Assembly: GCF_004010195.1 (NCBI RefSeq)
Contig: NC_057745.1
Span: 6,503,142 to 6,567,141, forward strand
Length of the DNA stretch: 64,000 nucleotides
Direction of reading: 5' to 3'
Source: Chiloscyllium plagiosum
Taxonomy: Eukaryota
Shown here: positions 1-14,079 of the stretch, piece by piece
Layout: every line of letters begins with the position of its first letter
How positions within the stretch are numbered: position 1 is the stretch's first letter
Notes under the pieces: generated by a model
Database searches by the model: none
What the model saw: only the letters and a program-made list of their open reading frames with translations
Told to the model about the DNA's origin: nothing
Program-made: the position numbers and the translations under genes

Positions 1-3000
1 TTAGACTTTAATGGTGTTGAACTAAAAGGAATGAGGCAGTACTCCTGACTGGAACAAATCACATCAGTGACCTTTACTCGTGGGCAACCCCTCAAGAGTT
101 GATAAGAGCTAACAAAAAAAAATTGCTGTCCCATTAAGTCTATCCCATTTTCAGAAACCTTAACTCTACGTAACACCAAATCCTTTATCTTCTAGAGTCA
201 CAATCAATTCTGTTTAGGTTGCTTGTGTTAATTGTTTTAACAGCCTTTTTTTGGTAATTTCACTAACATAATAGTCTGTTGATTGAGAAAAATATTCAAC
301 CAATTGCTTTTCTCACAACTTCTGAACTGTTTAAAAAGTAAAATACTCTGGGTGTTGGAAATCTGAAACAAAACAAGATATGCAGCAGTCAGATAGAACA
401 TGTGCATCTAAGAAATACAGTTAACATTTTAGCTCTCAGCAATTGCTTGTCTAGATTTTCTGTTTGACATTATTTGAGTGCCAGTGTTAAGAATGAGCTG
501 AGAAATGATTAAATTATATTTGGGAAAATCAGTCCCAAATGCTTGAGCGTATGGCAGATGATGGATACATGAGAGTGATTTTCAGGTTATAATTTCATCA
601 AGAAATTCAGTTAGTTAATATCTAGAATACTAGAAATAAGTACTGTGCAGTAATCCAAAAATGAAGTTCATACAATATCAAATGTCAGCAGTAAAGCTCA
701 GGTACTTACAAATGTTATCAGAATCCAAATAACAGAAATCTCTGGCTTCAGAAAGTAGATCTGCTACATTTCTTACATCAGATCATGATTAACAACAGGC
801 ATTTTACCTATAAAGCATGCCTTGATTTTAAATTTCTCATCCTCTTTCTCATCTCTCCCCCTCTCTCTAATCCTTTCTAGTCCCACAACCCTCGGAGATA
901 AAGGAACTTCAGAATTCGGTCTTCTTGTACATCTGGAATTTGAATTGCTTTACCCAATAGTAGCTGTGCTTTCAGCTGCTTAATCTCAGGAACTCCCTCC
1001 CTAAATCTCTCCGTCTCTATACCTCCCTTTCTTCCTTTAAGGTATTCCTTAGGAGCTCCAGCTTTGCTCAAATATTTGGTCATTTGCCTTAATATCTCCC
1101 TATTATAACTTTGAATACAAATTTCATTTACCTTGGAAAATTTTACCATGTCAAATACAGTCTATAAATACAACATCTAGCAGTAATAAACAGGGCAAGT
1201 GAATCACAATTATGTTGAATCACATTGAAAATCTGCAGTCCACGTGTCCACGTTCCAACAGGGGAAATAGATAGTGATCAAAAACAGCTACAAAGACTGC
1301 ATTTCCCTGCTTTAGAGGCATAGAGACCAAAACGCAATGCTGCTCAGGCTCACACTAGTCAAGATCAGTCAGCTCAGGTCAGACCAGGGATCAAACTTGA
1401 GTTCTTTTCCTTGCCTCTTACAGCTTAGTCCCAGGAGCTGCATTCACCCACTTCTGACATTGGAACATTCGGTTGCTTTGTACTTTCTGCAGTTCCATGC
1501 ATTCGATTGAAGAGCAATTGCAAAGCTACAGCGTAAGGGACCAGGAGGAGAAGGCAGGCGAATGGCACTGAGTCGGAGGGTTGGTACAGTCATTCTGGGC
1601 ACCTTAACAATTCTGTGATTCAGTGATAATCTGCTTCCCTTATGAGACGAAGAAATCAAGTCTTTTCACCAAATAAAGGACATGAAATCTGTTAATATTT
1701 TCCATTAATATCACCTTTACGAATGGTGTGCAGTTTGTATTCAGGACAATAAGTGTTGAGAGCTTCCTATATATTTTCAGATTGAGAGTGGCTGAGGAAG
1801 CAAAACATCACACCAATTCAGATGCTGCTTTTTTCCCTCGGTTTAAGTTGAAGTTGTAATTTTGAGTTTTGAGAATGTTATCAGAATGTTATAGTGAATG
1901 GGTACTTTTGATGCAATTCATTCATAACATACAGAGAAAGTTCACCCCATAAACCGCTGCAAGTCCAGGGAACTTATAAGAGGAACCTTTTGGAACTGAA
2001 AACGTTATTTAGTTCAGTAGGCTTGGCCCTTTTATCATTTTCTTCAGTTTGTACTAACATCAAATCTCAGCTCAGACAAGTTCACAACCACAGCATTGTA
2101 TCACACCAATAAAAAAATCTAAGTCTATTTTGGTTGCATTTTCCAGAATTTGGCCCATAGCTTTGAAGGTTATGACATTTTAAGTGCAAGGTACCAAGAG
2201 TTTTCACTCCTGAGTTGGACTAGTGATCTCTGCAGGTGCAGGAAAACCACACATGATATATCCCAGGACCAATGCTGTTTCTAATTTTAGTTGCTCCTGT
2301 ATGGACCTACGCACTCCATGCGTAGTATCTTCAAATCTGAGTGGAAGTTGTACTGCGTTGAATAATGGAGTGTGCATGGGATTCCTGAACTGTCGTGTGT
2401 CTTACAGGGAACACTCATCTGCACTCATGTGCCCCAGATCAGAGTGGGGGGTGGTGGGGTTGCAGTGTCTTCCCAGTGACCTCAATCACCAAGTGCTTAT
2501 AGGAATTAAATCAGGTAAGGTTAGAATTGATCTCAGTCATGATCCCTTCCTAGTCCAATAGCTTACTAATTATGGTACCTGAAGATAGTGGAGAGGCTGC
2601 TAATGCCCATGATATGGTTCTGTGAAATAAACAAGGAAGGGTGTTTATGTTCTCTTGTTCGCTCGGAAGAATAAATAGCATTACAAAAACACAGGAGCCA
2701 AATTAAACACCTTGTGTCAAACGTTACTTGATCTAATAGGAGTTTTGCATCAGTCCAAGTGCTGACTGATCCAAGCACTGTGGAGTGCAAAGGTTCCATG
2801 GAAACATGGATATCTATGTATAGCAAAGTTTCCCAAGATGCTGCCAGTTGCTGGAGGATTTCTGCAATCAAAGGGACATTGTGCAACTGAGCAAATCTCA
2901 GTACATTACTTCAGCAAAGTTGGAAGTGTCTCCATCCTGTCCTCTATTTCTAAACTGTGCACAGGAAAGAAATCAAAAATAAACTGGCACGCTGAAAATC

Positions 3001-3772
3001 ACCTCCACATTTATAAACACCTTCAGGATTTCACCGTAAAGTGCACACAGGGAGAAATTTACAAGTTCACAGTTAAGTTAATTGCAATTTATTTTTGGAT
3101 CATCAAAACATTATTGCTCTTGATCAGAGATTCGATAGCTAATGTTAAGATCAGATTAACGGAAGAAAGATTTAATGAAGGTTGTGGGAATCTATCTGAA
3201 AGGTCAAATCAAGTTCTCAAATAAACTCAACTTACTTAGTGAGTGATGGTTGCTTTAGCCAAGATTTCAAGATTACGGTAGCTTATTTGTTCATTGTATA
3301 TTTATGGTATTTAATGGTAAGTGAGTGTTGGGCTTCAGCCAATGGCAAGGGGGTGCCTCAGATCTCAATAACAGTGACCATAGGGGACCATTGTGCTCAG
3401 GTCAGAGGCCAGGCAGCCCCAGGTACCATGATGTCTGTCCTTGCCCCTGCTGGGTGGAGGCAGTTCCACTTCAACATATAAAGTGACTCTTAGTTAAAGT
3501 GAGGTTGTTTGAGTTAGGAGGCTGATGCTTATTATGCTTAACTCTGCAAAGAAAATGGAAGATTGAGTAAAGACTGGTTCCAGTACTATCTTTTACCAAC
3601 AGGTTGTCCTGATGTGAACATTATTTGTCATGTTCATACCAACATGATACACACACAATCAATATCCCCCTACAACACATGCCCCTCCAATATAAAGGGC
3701 TAAAACTGGATGATGTTAAAATCACTGGATTTTAAGAATATATTGCTACATTTTAATATTCTGCTAATAAAA

Positions 3773-4876
3773 TGGGAATACAGGCAGAACTAGCCATTTG
3801 GATATAGAACTGGCTTGAAGGTAGGTGATGGTGGATGGTTGCTTTCCAGACTGGAGTCCTGTGACCGGCGGTGCGCTACAAGCATTGGTGCTGGGTCCAC
3901 TGCTTTTCATCATTTATATAAATGATTTGGATGAGAATATAGGAGGTATAATAAGTTTGCAGATGACACCAAAATTGGAAGTGTAGCGGACAGCGAAGGA
4001 GGTTACTGCAGAGCATAATGGGACCTTGTTGGGACCAATGGGCCGAGGAGTGGTAGTTAGAGTTTAATTCAGATTAATGTGAGGTGCTGCATTTTGGAAA
4101 GGCAAATCAGGGCAGGACTTAATACACTTAATGGTAAAGTCCTGGGGAGCATTTCTAAACAAAGAGACCTTGGAGTACAGGGTCACAGTTCCTTGAAAGT
4201 GGAGACGCAAGTACATAGGATACTGAAGATGGTGTTTTTTATGCTTGCCTTTATTGATCAGGGCATTGAATGTAGGAGTTGTGAGGTCATGTTGCGGCTG
4301 TACAGGACATTGGTTAGGCCACTTCTGGAACATTGTGTGCAATTCTGGTTTCCCTCCTTTAGGAAGGATGTTGTGAAACTTGAAAGGGTTCAGAAAAGAT
4401 TTACAAGGATGTTGCCAGGGCTGGAGGATTTGAGCTATAGGGAGAGGCTGAATAGGCTGAGACTGTTTTCCCTGGAGCATCAGAAGCTGAGGGGTGACCT
4501 TATAGAGGCTTATAAAATCATGAGGGGCATAGATAAAGTAAAGAGAGATGGTCTTTTCCCTGGAATGGGGGAGTCCAGAACCAGAGGGCATACGTTTAAG
4601 GTGAGAGGGGAAGGATTTAAAAGGGACTTAAGGGGCAACTTTTTCACACAGAGGATGGTGCATGTATGGAATGAGCTGCCAGAGGAAGTGGTAGAGGCTG
4701 GTACAATTGCAACATTTAAAAGGCATTTCGATGGGTATATGAATAAGAAGGGTTTAGAGGGATATGGGCCAAGTACTGGAAAATGGGACTAGATTAATTT
4801 AGGAATTCTGGTTGGCATGGACGAGTTGCACAAAAGTGTCTGTTTCTGTGCTGTACATCTCTATGACTTTATGACT
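3773..4876 (+). mobile_element. 5'-truncated CR1-clade LINE (HER1-like), RT and C-terminal ORF2 remnant
   Basis: Degenerate KFADDTK RT motif near 3950-3975. ORF 4079..4792 has LVRPLLEHCVQFW and RGDLIEAYKIM; tail ends ctctatgactttatgact. Confidence 0.92.
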
Positions 4877-5090
4877 ACCAGCTACAAGCTCCTCTCCAAG
4901 CCACTCAGCATCCTGACTTGAAAAATATATCATTGCTCCTTCATTGCTGCTGGGTCAAACACTTGAAGCTCTCCCCCTAAGGGCACTGTGGCTTTATCTA
5001 CATTGCATGGGGACTGCAGCAGTTCAGGGCAGCAGCAGGTCACCACAAACTGGTCAAAGGGTGACTCCCACATCCCATGAATGATTTTTT
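4877..5090 (+). mobile_element. Older CR1/L2-type LINE 3' end (related copies near 27035-27210 and 60460-60600)
   Basis: Shared motifs ggactgcagc-gttcaag-ggcagc and cccacatcccatgaatga in three places. Confidence 0.55.
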
Positions 5091-6093
5091 TCTGAGACGA
5101 TCCTTCAAGTCTGCTCAGCTGTTCAATAAGATCACAACTTTCAACCCCAATTTTCCCAACCTATCAGCATAATCCTCGCATCCAAAGATCTACCAATCTG
5201 TGTCTCTAATACAGCAAATGGCTGAGTAGCCACAGCCCTCTGGGATAGACAGCTCCAATGATTCACAACCTTCATACTAAAAGTGATTTCTCATCCCAGT
5301 CCAAACTGACTGGCTTGTCATCCTGAGACTACAGTGTCTGCTTCTGGGCTCTACAGCACAGGGAAACTCTCAAAGCTGCTCCCAGAAGCAACAAGTGTGC
5401 CTCCAATGAGGAGAGGAGACACAGGCAATCAAACACATACAGCTGCATCATGCTTCAGAAAAGAGAGAAACAAAAATCACGCCAAGATACAAGCTACAAA
5501 ATGACTGGTCAGCCACTGATGGGCTACTGCAGGGAGGCTGCTCATGATACTCCGTTTCGAGGAGGTGAAGATAAAAAAAAAGTACGGAGGTGATGAGGGG
5601 AGGGTCATCGAAGTGAATTGAGGAGATTGGGATGAAGGCATTTCACCAACGGTGGGGTGAATATGACCAGGTGGGAGGGGTTAGAGCTTGAGGAACGGAG
5701 GGTCCAAGTGGACCAACATGGGGCTGCAGGAAGTGACAGCCAGATCAGACCTTGGAGGGATTTAAAAACAAACATTTTAAACTCGAGGTGTCATGGGGAA
5801 TGGGAAGTGAAACAAGAATAAGGGAAACAGGCTTGAGGCGGGATGGAATGGAGGCAGAATTTCGATGGCTTTGTATGGTGCAATGAAGGGAAGATAAGAT
5901 TCCAACCAGGAAGCCACGTTGTAAAAGCGGTAAGGTTTCACTTTTGTTTGCTGTTCCCATGACACCCAACTCAACAACTTAAAAAGGACAACAGCCTCCT
6001 CAACAACCAAACAAACAAACAGTGCAAAGATCACTGAGGTCTCCTCTGCACCTGATGGAAGTTAACTTGAAACTTTTAAAATAATTCTGCATG

Positions 6094-6210
6094 AGGGCTT
6101 TTGAGCTGCAGTGTTAGTGTCCGTGCCTCTGAGCCAGGGGAGCGGGGTTCAAATGCCACCTGGTCCAGAGGTGTGTAATAACATCTCTGAACAAGTTGAT
6201 TAGAAAATAA
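6094..6210 (+). mobile_element. Short (~115 bp) tRNA-derived SINE
   Basis: B-box-like GGTTCAAAT and family core cctg-tccagaggtgtgtaataacatctctgaacag-ttgattagaaaata seen in more than ten copies in the window. Confidence 0.7.
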
Positions 6211-9011
6211 GTGAGAAATGGAATAACAAATAGCCCATCCTTTGATGAGCATTTTGCTCATATTTTTGAGACAAGCAAGTGGCAGGGAATCGAAGATTCA
6301 ACAGTGACCTTTTGAAAAGGAAGCATTTGATGGGCTATAGCGGAACAAGAGGTGAAGGAGACTAATGGATTGTTTGAAAAGACATCCAGAGCAAGTAGAA
6401 AGGGCTGAATAGCCTCCGTTTAGCTATATCTTTCAAAGATTCTAAGGTGCATCAACATCATTGCATAAGTAAAACACTGAAAAATTTCTGAGAGGCGATA
6501 ATATGGTGGGGGGGGGAAGGTACGGAGAATGGGCAGAGAAAAAACACTGGAAATGTTAAGTGCAATACTTAAAGAAATAGCAGCTGATTGCTAGGAACCA
6601 GGGGAAAGAAAACACTGGAATAATCATTATAATTTGGAAAAAGTAACCAGCTCTTATTTTTCTGGTACTTATGCTGTCACTGCAGTTATCCTGTTTAACG
6701 ACTGCCCAGTGGAGTCAGAAAACAGATGAAAAGCTTTTCATCATCCGTAGACTGCCAACAGTATAAGGTTAAGATGGAAAAAAGGAAACTTTACGAAAGT
6801 TGCAACTGTAAGGGATTTTCCATTCTATATCAATTTCATCATTATGAGAGAAAAAAAAAGAGGATTTGGAATATAAATTACATTCTTCAAGGGAGGGGTG
6901 TATGCGTGTGAGCGCACATAATATGTGAGAGTACGTGTATGTGTGTGCATGTATGATTGCGTATATGATTATAAATGTACGTAATGGGGGGGGGAGTAAT
7001 GGGAGGAATAGGGAGACCCCTAGGGTTCTTGTACACACATCTTAGAAGGTGCCAGAGCCAGTTGATTAAAAAATATATTTTAAAAAAAACACTCATTTGG
7101 CTTTGTCAATCGAAGCACAGAATATAAAAGGAAATTATTCTTAAGTCTTATGAAATCACTGCTTAAGCACAAGTTAGAGTATCGTGCCAGAATCTGGAGA
7201 CCCCACTTCAGGAAGGATATTACTTCTTGGAAAAGATTATGAGAGGATTTATTGGAAAGACCCCGCTGCTGAGCTTCTTCAGTTGTGTGTGAAGAGTCTG
7301 GAAAATTAAAATGAATTGCACCAGCACTCAAACGGCCTTGAGATTCCTTCAGTACACTTTGTGATGGGATTAGAATGAAGAATTGTACTCTATGGTTCTA
7401 AGTGAGCAATGGAGCCAAGAAAGGAAGGAGACGAAAACATGCTCTCACTCAGCTACTTTCATTTTAAGGGTAGCGAATAGGATTTCTTCAACTGGCATTG
7501 AGGGGGGAGTGAATAGAGCATTTTAAAACAAGTGTCCCCATGACTAAAGGGAATTAGACTAAAATCGGTCATTTCAGACAACCCCAAGAAAACTGTTTTA
7601 AAATTTTGATTGACATTTGGCTATGTTTTGGTTTGAGATGTTGTGCTTTGTTTTAGAGCATAAAACATTGGTGCTGCTTGCCAATTCCAAATGCTGAAAT
7701 GGATTTTGAGGATTCTCTGGTTGAACTGTGTCCCCTCCCCCTCACCCAGCTCCAAAGAAACTGATAAACTAGCCTTTAATTTTGGGGGAAGTGGTTTGGG
7801 GGGCAAATCTGCGTGCAAATAGTTGCTGCACTTGCCAAAGGTAATCGTAATCAGAGCACTGAGAATCATTCCTTATGTGATAAAATTGGAGACCTTTCCA
7901 AAAGAGGTGTAAATGAAGCCAAGAGTTTCTTTAGCAGATAAAGACCATAGCGACTGTCTATTATGGAGAAGATGATTAGACCCTTTGCAAAACAAAAAGG
8001 AAAAATGCCTGCAAACATGGGACAAAGTTGATCACCTAACTCTAGACTTCCATTTATTGTGTCCACCTGTATTTGAATATAAAGCTCTAATTTGTCAAAG
8101 CGAAATGAACCAAGGTCAAGCCATTGCTCTTCCAAATATGAGCGGTTACATTGTCCCCTTGTGCCTGAAAATCATGGGGCCCCAGCAGGTGAACTCAGCT
8201 TTAACATAGGAGATAATTCAAAATCATAAACGTGGAATTCGCACTGTGCAGAGTGTATGTAACCTGCGGTGCTGACTAAGTAAATGTAGCTTTATCTGTT
8301 TCACACGTTGTTATTTTGAGGCGCCTTCAGGGTCGGTTCACCAGTAAAAGTCAAGTCTCAAATACTGAGTCAGAGTGAAATCCATTTCAAAAATACCCTG
8401 ATCCAAAAGGTGCTCTGTAACAGGAGTGTGCCAGTTCCAGTGTTACAAATGGTCTCTATGTCTGTAGTTGATATTTTTCACTTTGCTCACATCCCACACT
8501 TGATGAATCATTTTTGTTTAAATGTTCTCTCACATGCAATTTTTTTTTCATAAAAGTGTACGCCTTCCAGCTTCTCGATTCAACTAAGCCTTTTTAAACA
8601 AAATCATCCCATGGCAGGCAATCTGTCTTGTTCATAATTGCTCTGGCACATACCATCCTTTCTAATTCCCTCAATCGCTCTGGCTTAGATTGTGTTATTG
8701 TGGAGCGCTCCACAAATTATTCATCTGGCACAAAACCATCAAAACCTCAATCTCCCCACATTCTCCAGCCCAACCCAGGACACATTAGCCACTTTTGGAT
8801 TGGGTTAAATCAGCTGATTGTGCCATCAGATCCGATCATAACAGCAAGGAAATCCTAAAGGAAACTCCCTGGAATCACTGGGATGGCCAGAGGAAAACAC
8901 ACATATTTGTTCTGCAGTAATGTAAAAGCAGTTAATGGTCACCACCTTTCATTTCAAAGGTGTTTTGCCATTGTGTGTTAGGTAGGAAAGGACAACACCT
9001 ATTTTGTAAGC

Positions 9012-10425
9012 ACAGAGTCATATAGCATGGAAACAGATCCTTCAGTCCAACTCATCCATGCCAATCAGGTATTCTATATAGATCTAATCCCATTTGCCAA
9101 CATTTGGCCCATATCTCTCTAAATCCTTTCTATTCATACACCCATCCAGATGTCTTTTAAATGATTTACTTATACTAGCCTCCAACACTTGCTCTGGCAG
9201 TTCATTTCATATATGCACCATCCTCTACATGAAAAAGTCGCCCCTTAGGCACCTTTTAAATCTTTCCCTTCTCACCTCAAGCCTATGCCATCTAAGTTTG
9301 GACTCCCCTACCCTGGGAAAAAGACAATGCCTATTCACCCTATCTATGCCCCTCATGATTTTAAAAACATTTATGAGGTCACCCCTTGGTCTTTGACGCT
9401 CCAGAGAAAACAGCCTCAGCCTATTCAGCCTCTCCCTATAGCTCAAACCCTCTAACCCCTGCAACATCCTTGTAATTCTTTTCTGAACCCTTTCGAGTTT
9501 CACAACATCTTTCCTATAGGAAGGAGACAAGAACTGGACACAATATTCCAAAAGTGGCCTAACCAATGTCCTGTGCAGCCACATGACCTCCCAACTCCAA
9601 TACTCAATGCACTGACCAATAAAGACAAGCATATCAAATGTCTTCTGCAGTACCCTGTCTACTTGAGACTCCACTCGCAAGCAACTATGAACCTGGAATT
9701 CAAGATCTCTCTGTTTGACAACACTCCCCAGGAATTTATATACTTAATGTTAAGTCCTGCCCTGATTTGCCTTACCAAAATGCAGCACCTCACATTTACC
9801 TAAATTAAATTCCATTTGCCACTACTCAGCCTACTGGCCCATCTGATCGAGATCCCGTTGTACTCTGAGGTAACCTTCTTCACTGCCCACTACACCACCA
9901 ATTTTGATGTCATCGGCAAACTTATTAACCATACCTCCTATGTTCACATTCAAATCATTTATGGAAATGACAAAAAGCAGGGGCTCCAGCACCGATCCTT
10001 GTGGCACACCGCTGGTCACAGGCCTCCAGTTGAAAAAGCATCCCTCCACCACCACCCTCTGTCACCTACCTTCAAGCCAATTTTATATAAAAATGGCTAG
10101 CTGTCCCTGTTATCTATGAAATCTAACATTGCTAATCAGTCTATCATGTAGAAGCTTGTTGAACACCTTGCTGAACTCCACATAGACAGCATCCACCGTT
10201 TGCCTTTGTCAATCTTCATGATTTATCATGATTTCCCAGCACAAAGCCATGTTGGCTGTCCCTAATCAGTCCTTGCCTTTCCAAATACATGTAAATCCTG
10301 TCTCTTAGGATCCCCTTTAACAACTTACCCACCACTGACATAAGGCTCACCAGAGTATAGTTCCCTGGCTCTTCTATAACACCTTTTGTAAATAATGGCA
10401 CCACATGAGCCAACCTTAAGCCTTC
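9012..10425 (-). mobile_element. 5'-truncated CR1-clade LINE (HER1-like)
   Basis: Minus-strand ORFs 10216..10527, 9831..10055 (GVPQGSVL, KFADD) and 9225..9680; typical 3' tail. Confidence 0.92.
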
Positions 10426-10794
10426 CAATATATCACACATATATAAACAAATCCAAATATTGTGCAGACTGATGATCGCTTGTGCTTGCACATTTATATT
10501 AACATTACTTGGAAAGACACAGTTCACAATATATTTTCACAATTAGTCTCCTTGTAGATTCGATGCCAATAAGAGTATAAAAGTACATTCTGTCCGTAAC
10601 TTTCTAAAGTGCTGTACTGACGCAAATATCAATGAAATCAATCTTTTAATCTTTATCTTTGCAGAAAAGGAGAGCATCCCTGAAGGCAATCAGGTCTAAT
10701 GTCTGTATAACTATATATTAATTATATGAAGCCTGTGTAGTATTGGGCTCCAGTATAGTTTGACTAGGATGTTGTCTACTTTGAGAAGAAAGAT

Positions 10795-11145
10795 TTAAGG
10801 ACTTGAGGACCAACTTTTTCACTCAAAGGATGGTTCGTATGCGGAATAAATCGCCAGAGGGAGTAGTAAATGATAACAGAAATTGCTAGAGAAGCTCAGC
10901 AGGTCTGGCAACATTTGTGGAGAGTAATCAGACTGAATGTTTCCTTTCCACAGATGCTTCCAGGCCTGCTGAGTTTTTCTAGCAATTTCTGTTTCAGACT
11001 TACAGCATCCACAGTCTTTTGGTTTTTTGAATGGTTTAGGGAGATTTGGGCCAAATGCAGGCAAGTCTGACTAGTTTAATTTGGGAAACTTGATCGGTAT
11101 GAATGAGTTGGACCAAAGGGTCTGTTCCATGCTCTATGACTCTAC
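10795..11145 (+). mobile_element. CR1 3' fragment interrupted by a palindromic Penelope-type insert (~10872-11026)
   Basis: CR1 tail ctctatgactcta. Internal inverted repeat acagaaattgctagagaagctcagcagg / cctgctgagtttttctagcaatttctgt. Confidence 0.7.
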
Positions 11146-11744
11146 GAGGAATTGGTTTCATTTCGTCAGAACAATGCAGATTAGGTCTAAGTGTTTCAAA
11201 TAGTGAAAAGATAAGACAAGCTGGAGAGAAGAAGGATGGTTACTGAAGCTGAGGCGTTAAGATCAACAGCTACAGATAAAAGATTAGAGACAGATTCAGT
11301 GAGGAGGAAGAGAATCTTCTTCATCCAGTGTGTTGTGAGCATAAGGAATTCACTTCTGATGTTTCTGGCTTAGCTGGTAACCAAGTCAACATTCAAGATG
11401 AGACTGGAAGATGGATGAATAAAATACAAAAAGGGAGTTGAGAGAATGTAGCAACAGAGTGACTGCACATGATTAAACTAACTACTCACATCAAGGTAAA
11501 TACAGACAGAATAGTTGGGTCCAAATTTTCATGTTGCAAAGATTTCAAGCAGTCAAAAGATACAGACCTGAAACTGTGAGACTGTGTGGGGCAGTGGGTC
11601 AGACTTGTTTTTCACCCTCAGTGACTTGGTTTATAGACCAATTCAGACAAATGAAATGAAATATTTCTACTGCCTACTGACAGTGGCACTTTATTTCTAG
11701 CTCGGTCAGTTTTAAAACATCTCAACAATGGGCTGAAATAAAAC

Positions 11745-11950
11745 AAAGAACTGATGCTGAATCCGAAACAAATGGAAGCTGGAATCATTGGCGAAACTCA
11801 TCAGCTTGGACAGTGTCTGAGGAGAGAAAACAGAGTCAATATTTTGAGTCCAGTTCCGAGGAAGGGTCACTGGAATTGAAATGTTAACTCTGCTTCTCCT
11901 TCACAGTCATTGCCATACCTGCTACATTTCTCTAGCAATTCCTGTTTGCG
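11745..11950. mobile_element. Degenerate palindromic Penelope-derived element
   Basis: Inverted arms and decayed hammerhead-like core gaggaagggtcactgga-ttgaaatgtta; related to 48810-49095 and 43955-44140. Confidence 0.55.
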
Positions 11951-13469
11951 TGTGCTTCAGACCTCAACAAAGGGTGTCTGGCCAAATCCTGAAGAAACCT
12001 CAATGATCCAGATTTGGCTACAGAAATTGCTGCTGTGGGAAATGGGAGACAGAAATAATGCCACACGGGTGGAGGGTAACCTTCTGAAATTGGGACAAAG
12101 TAGAAGAGAACCCTTTCACTCTGCCTTTGAAACTTGTGATGTATGATCGGATGGTGCTCAGTGCTTGAAATGGGAAACTATTCATTCTACAATAATATCT
12201 TTGTTCACTCCACTGAGTCAAGTCACATATGAAAAGTACCAAGGAAAAAAATAACCGAGATGAACTAGCCACAGGAACACAGGCACTGAAACTTTCATGG
12301 CAAGCAGTAGGACTTGCCCTTTCAGGCAAACTTGATTTTAACAAGGAACTAAAGCAACTTCTCCATTTAAAAACACAAAGTTGTGAATAACTAACAACTC
12401 ACCCTCTCGTGGTTCCTGCCATTTTGATTTCCACCCTGTAACACTGACCAACTACAGAATGCACATCCACATATCCATGCAAGTCAGCTGACAACACAGT
12501 AAGCTGGTGAACAAAAAAATAACTTTGGAATTTAAACCAAAACTTTCACTGAGTTCAAGGCAAATGTAAATGGTCTCAAGTTACAATAAAAGGCTGGAGG
12601 AGGTTCTGGTGCCTTGGGCAACACTCCTCCCTCAATCAATACAGGTTAACCAGGTATCCATTGCTGTTTGTGTAACTTAGTTGTACTCAAACAGTCACTA
12701 TTTGTCTAAATAACAACGGTGGCTATGTTCCAAATGTATTTTATAGGTGGTTACCTCCTCTGGAATGTCCCGAGCATTATGAAAGTACAAGTCCTTTCTT
12801 CTTTCTCTATTCAAGCTGCCTCTGATTAGTTTCGGTCACACATCACAGACATGACGACTACCTGGTTAGTGGGTTTTAGCTGATGAGGGGGCCAGCCTAC
12901 CATAGCCAACCTCAACTTCCAAACTCAGAAAACATTATGTACAGCACCCAGACCTGATCACCATCCACTGTCTCTTTGCTGCAAAGTGGTAACAGGACTG
13001 GATATGTGACCAGACAAGATGAACTGGGGAAGGAGACCAAAAGACCCAGAAATCCTCCAGAAACATCCTGTTCTCATTCCGCTAACTCAGTGAAGTTTAA
13101 AATGACACGAGCAATCTAAGCAAAAATCAGTTCAAAGATTCAATTATTGAAGTGCATGTGCATCATGAGTTTGGGTATTACAGCACGTAGAATAGGAAGT
13201 TGATATTGTCTCCATTTTCAATTAAATCCATGGCTTTTGTGCTATTTTAAAATATAATTAAACAATCAAACATAGCAAAAGGAAAAATACCTGATTCAAA
13301 TCATTAGAACATCTCAAAGCTTCTCAGAGACCTTCAGCTTTGTGGCAGTCATTATTTCCACTGACTATGTCTTTCAAATAACCAGCTAATGATGTTGTTG
13401 GTAACAGGAATGTTGGCCAGGGAACTCACTACTGCTTTCAAATCTTCCAAAATTACCTGAACTAACATT

Positions 13470-13590
13470 AAGGCTCTTGTGGTATCGTGGTAGTGTTCCT
13501 ATCTCTAAGCCAGCAAGCCCAGGTTCAAATCCTATCTGCTCCAGTTAAGTGTAATAACATCTCTGAACAGGTTGATTAGAATATATCTAC
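13470..13590 (+). mobile_element. Short tRNA-derived SINE (same family as 6094-6210)
   Basis: A-box-like TGGTATCGTGG, B-box-like GGTTCAAATCC, family core. Confidence 0.7.
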
Positions 13591-14079
13591 TTGAAAACCA
13601 GTGTGCATTAGTTTGATATCTCAGTTGGGGGCTAACAGCTTTGATAGACGACTCTCAGATTATGTGCCCAAATCACAACCTCCTAAATCTGAGGTGAGAA
13701 TCTCATTGACTATGTTAAACTAATGACTCAGTTTGAGAATTACAGATGCGAAAAAAAAATTGAACTACAACAAACCTATAAATTAAAAAATAAACTTTCC
13801 GGAAGTGTGCCTGAGGATAACAAATTTGTTGGTGTCTTAAACTGGCGCTGACTGACAGAACTGGTCAGGATGAACATAACTGAAATAACTGAACCAATGG
13901 GCATGCCTAACCATGCTTTCTATCCTGGTCACTACCTTTCTTGTCCTCTTTATAATTACAAACATAAGAGTAGGAGCAGGCCATTCAAACTATCAACATT
14001 GCTCCACCATTAATACAATCATGGCTGGTCATCCACTTCAATGCCATTTGTCTACACTATTCCCATGTCCCCTTGTGTT

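Noticed and set aside
1444-1659. ORF MTVPTLRLSAIRLPSPPGP, superficially like an ARHGEF18 short N-terminus
   Set aside because: Only a few residues match and it does not fit the expected exon order.
2567-2619. Good acceptor followed by NHIMGISSLSTIFR, loosely like AKAP13 SSLPTVIMRNK
   Set aside because: Similarity is weak, the donor phase does not match expectation, and the preceding exon was not found.
4079-4792. 237-aa ORF as a host gene
   Set aside because: It is the C-terminal part of CR1 ORF2; the upstream RT region is frameshifted and the element is 5'-truncated.
12270-12320. ACHESFSAC resembling the C1 end (GCRESLASC)
   Set aside because: No upstream C-x4-H and no usable splice sites.
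12403-12451. Minus-strand exon candidate with gtgagt donor
   Set aside because: The phases do not fit or would split the C1 domain, and the peptide shows no family similarity.
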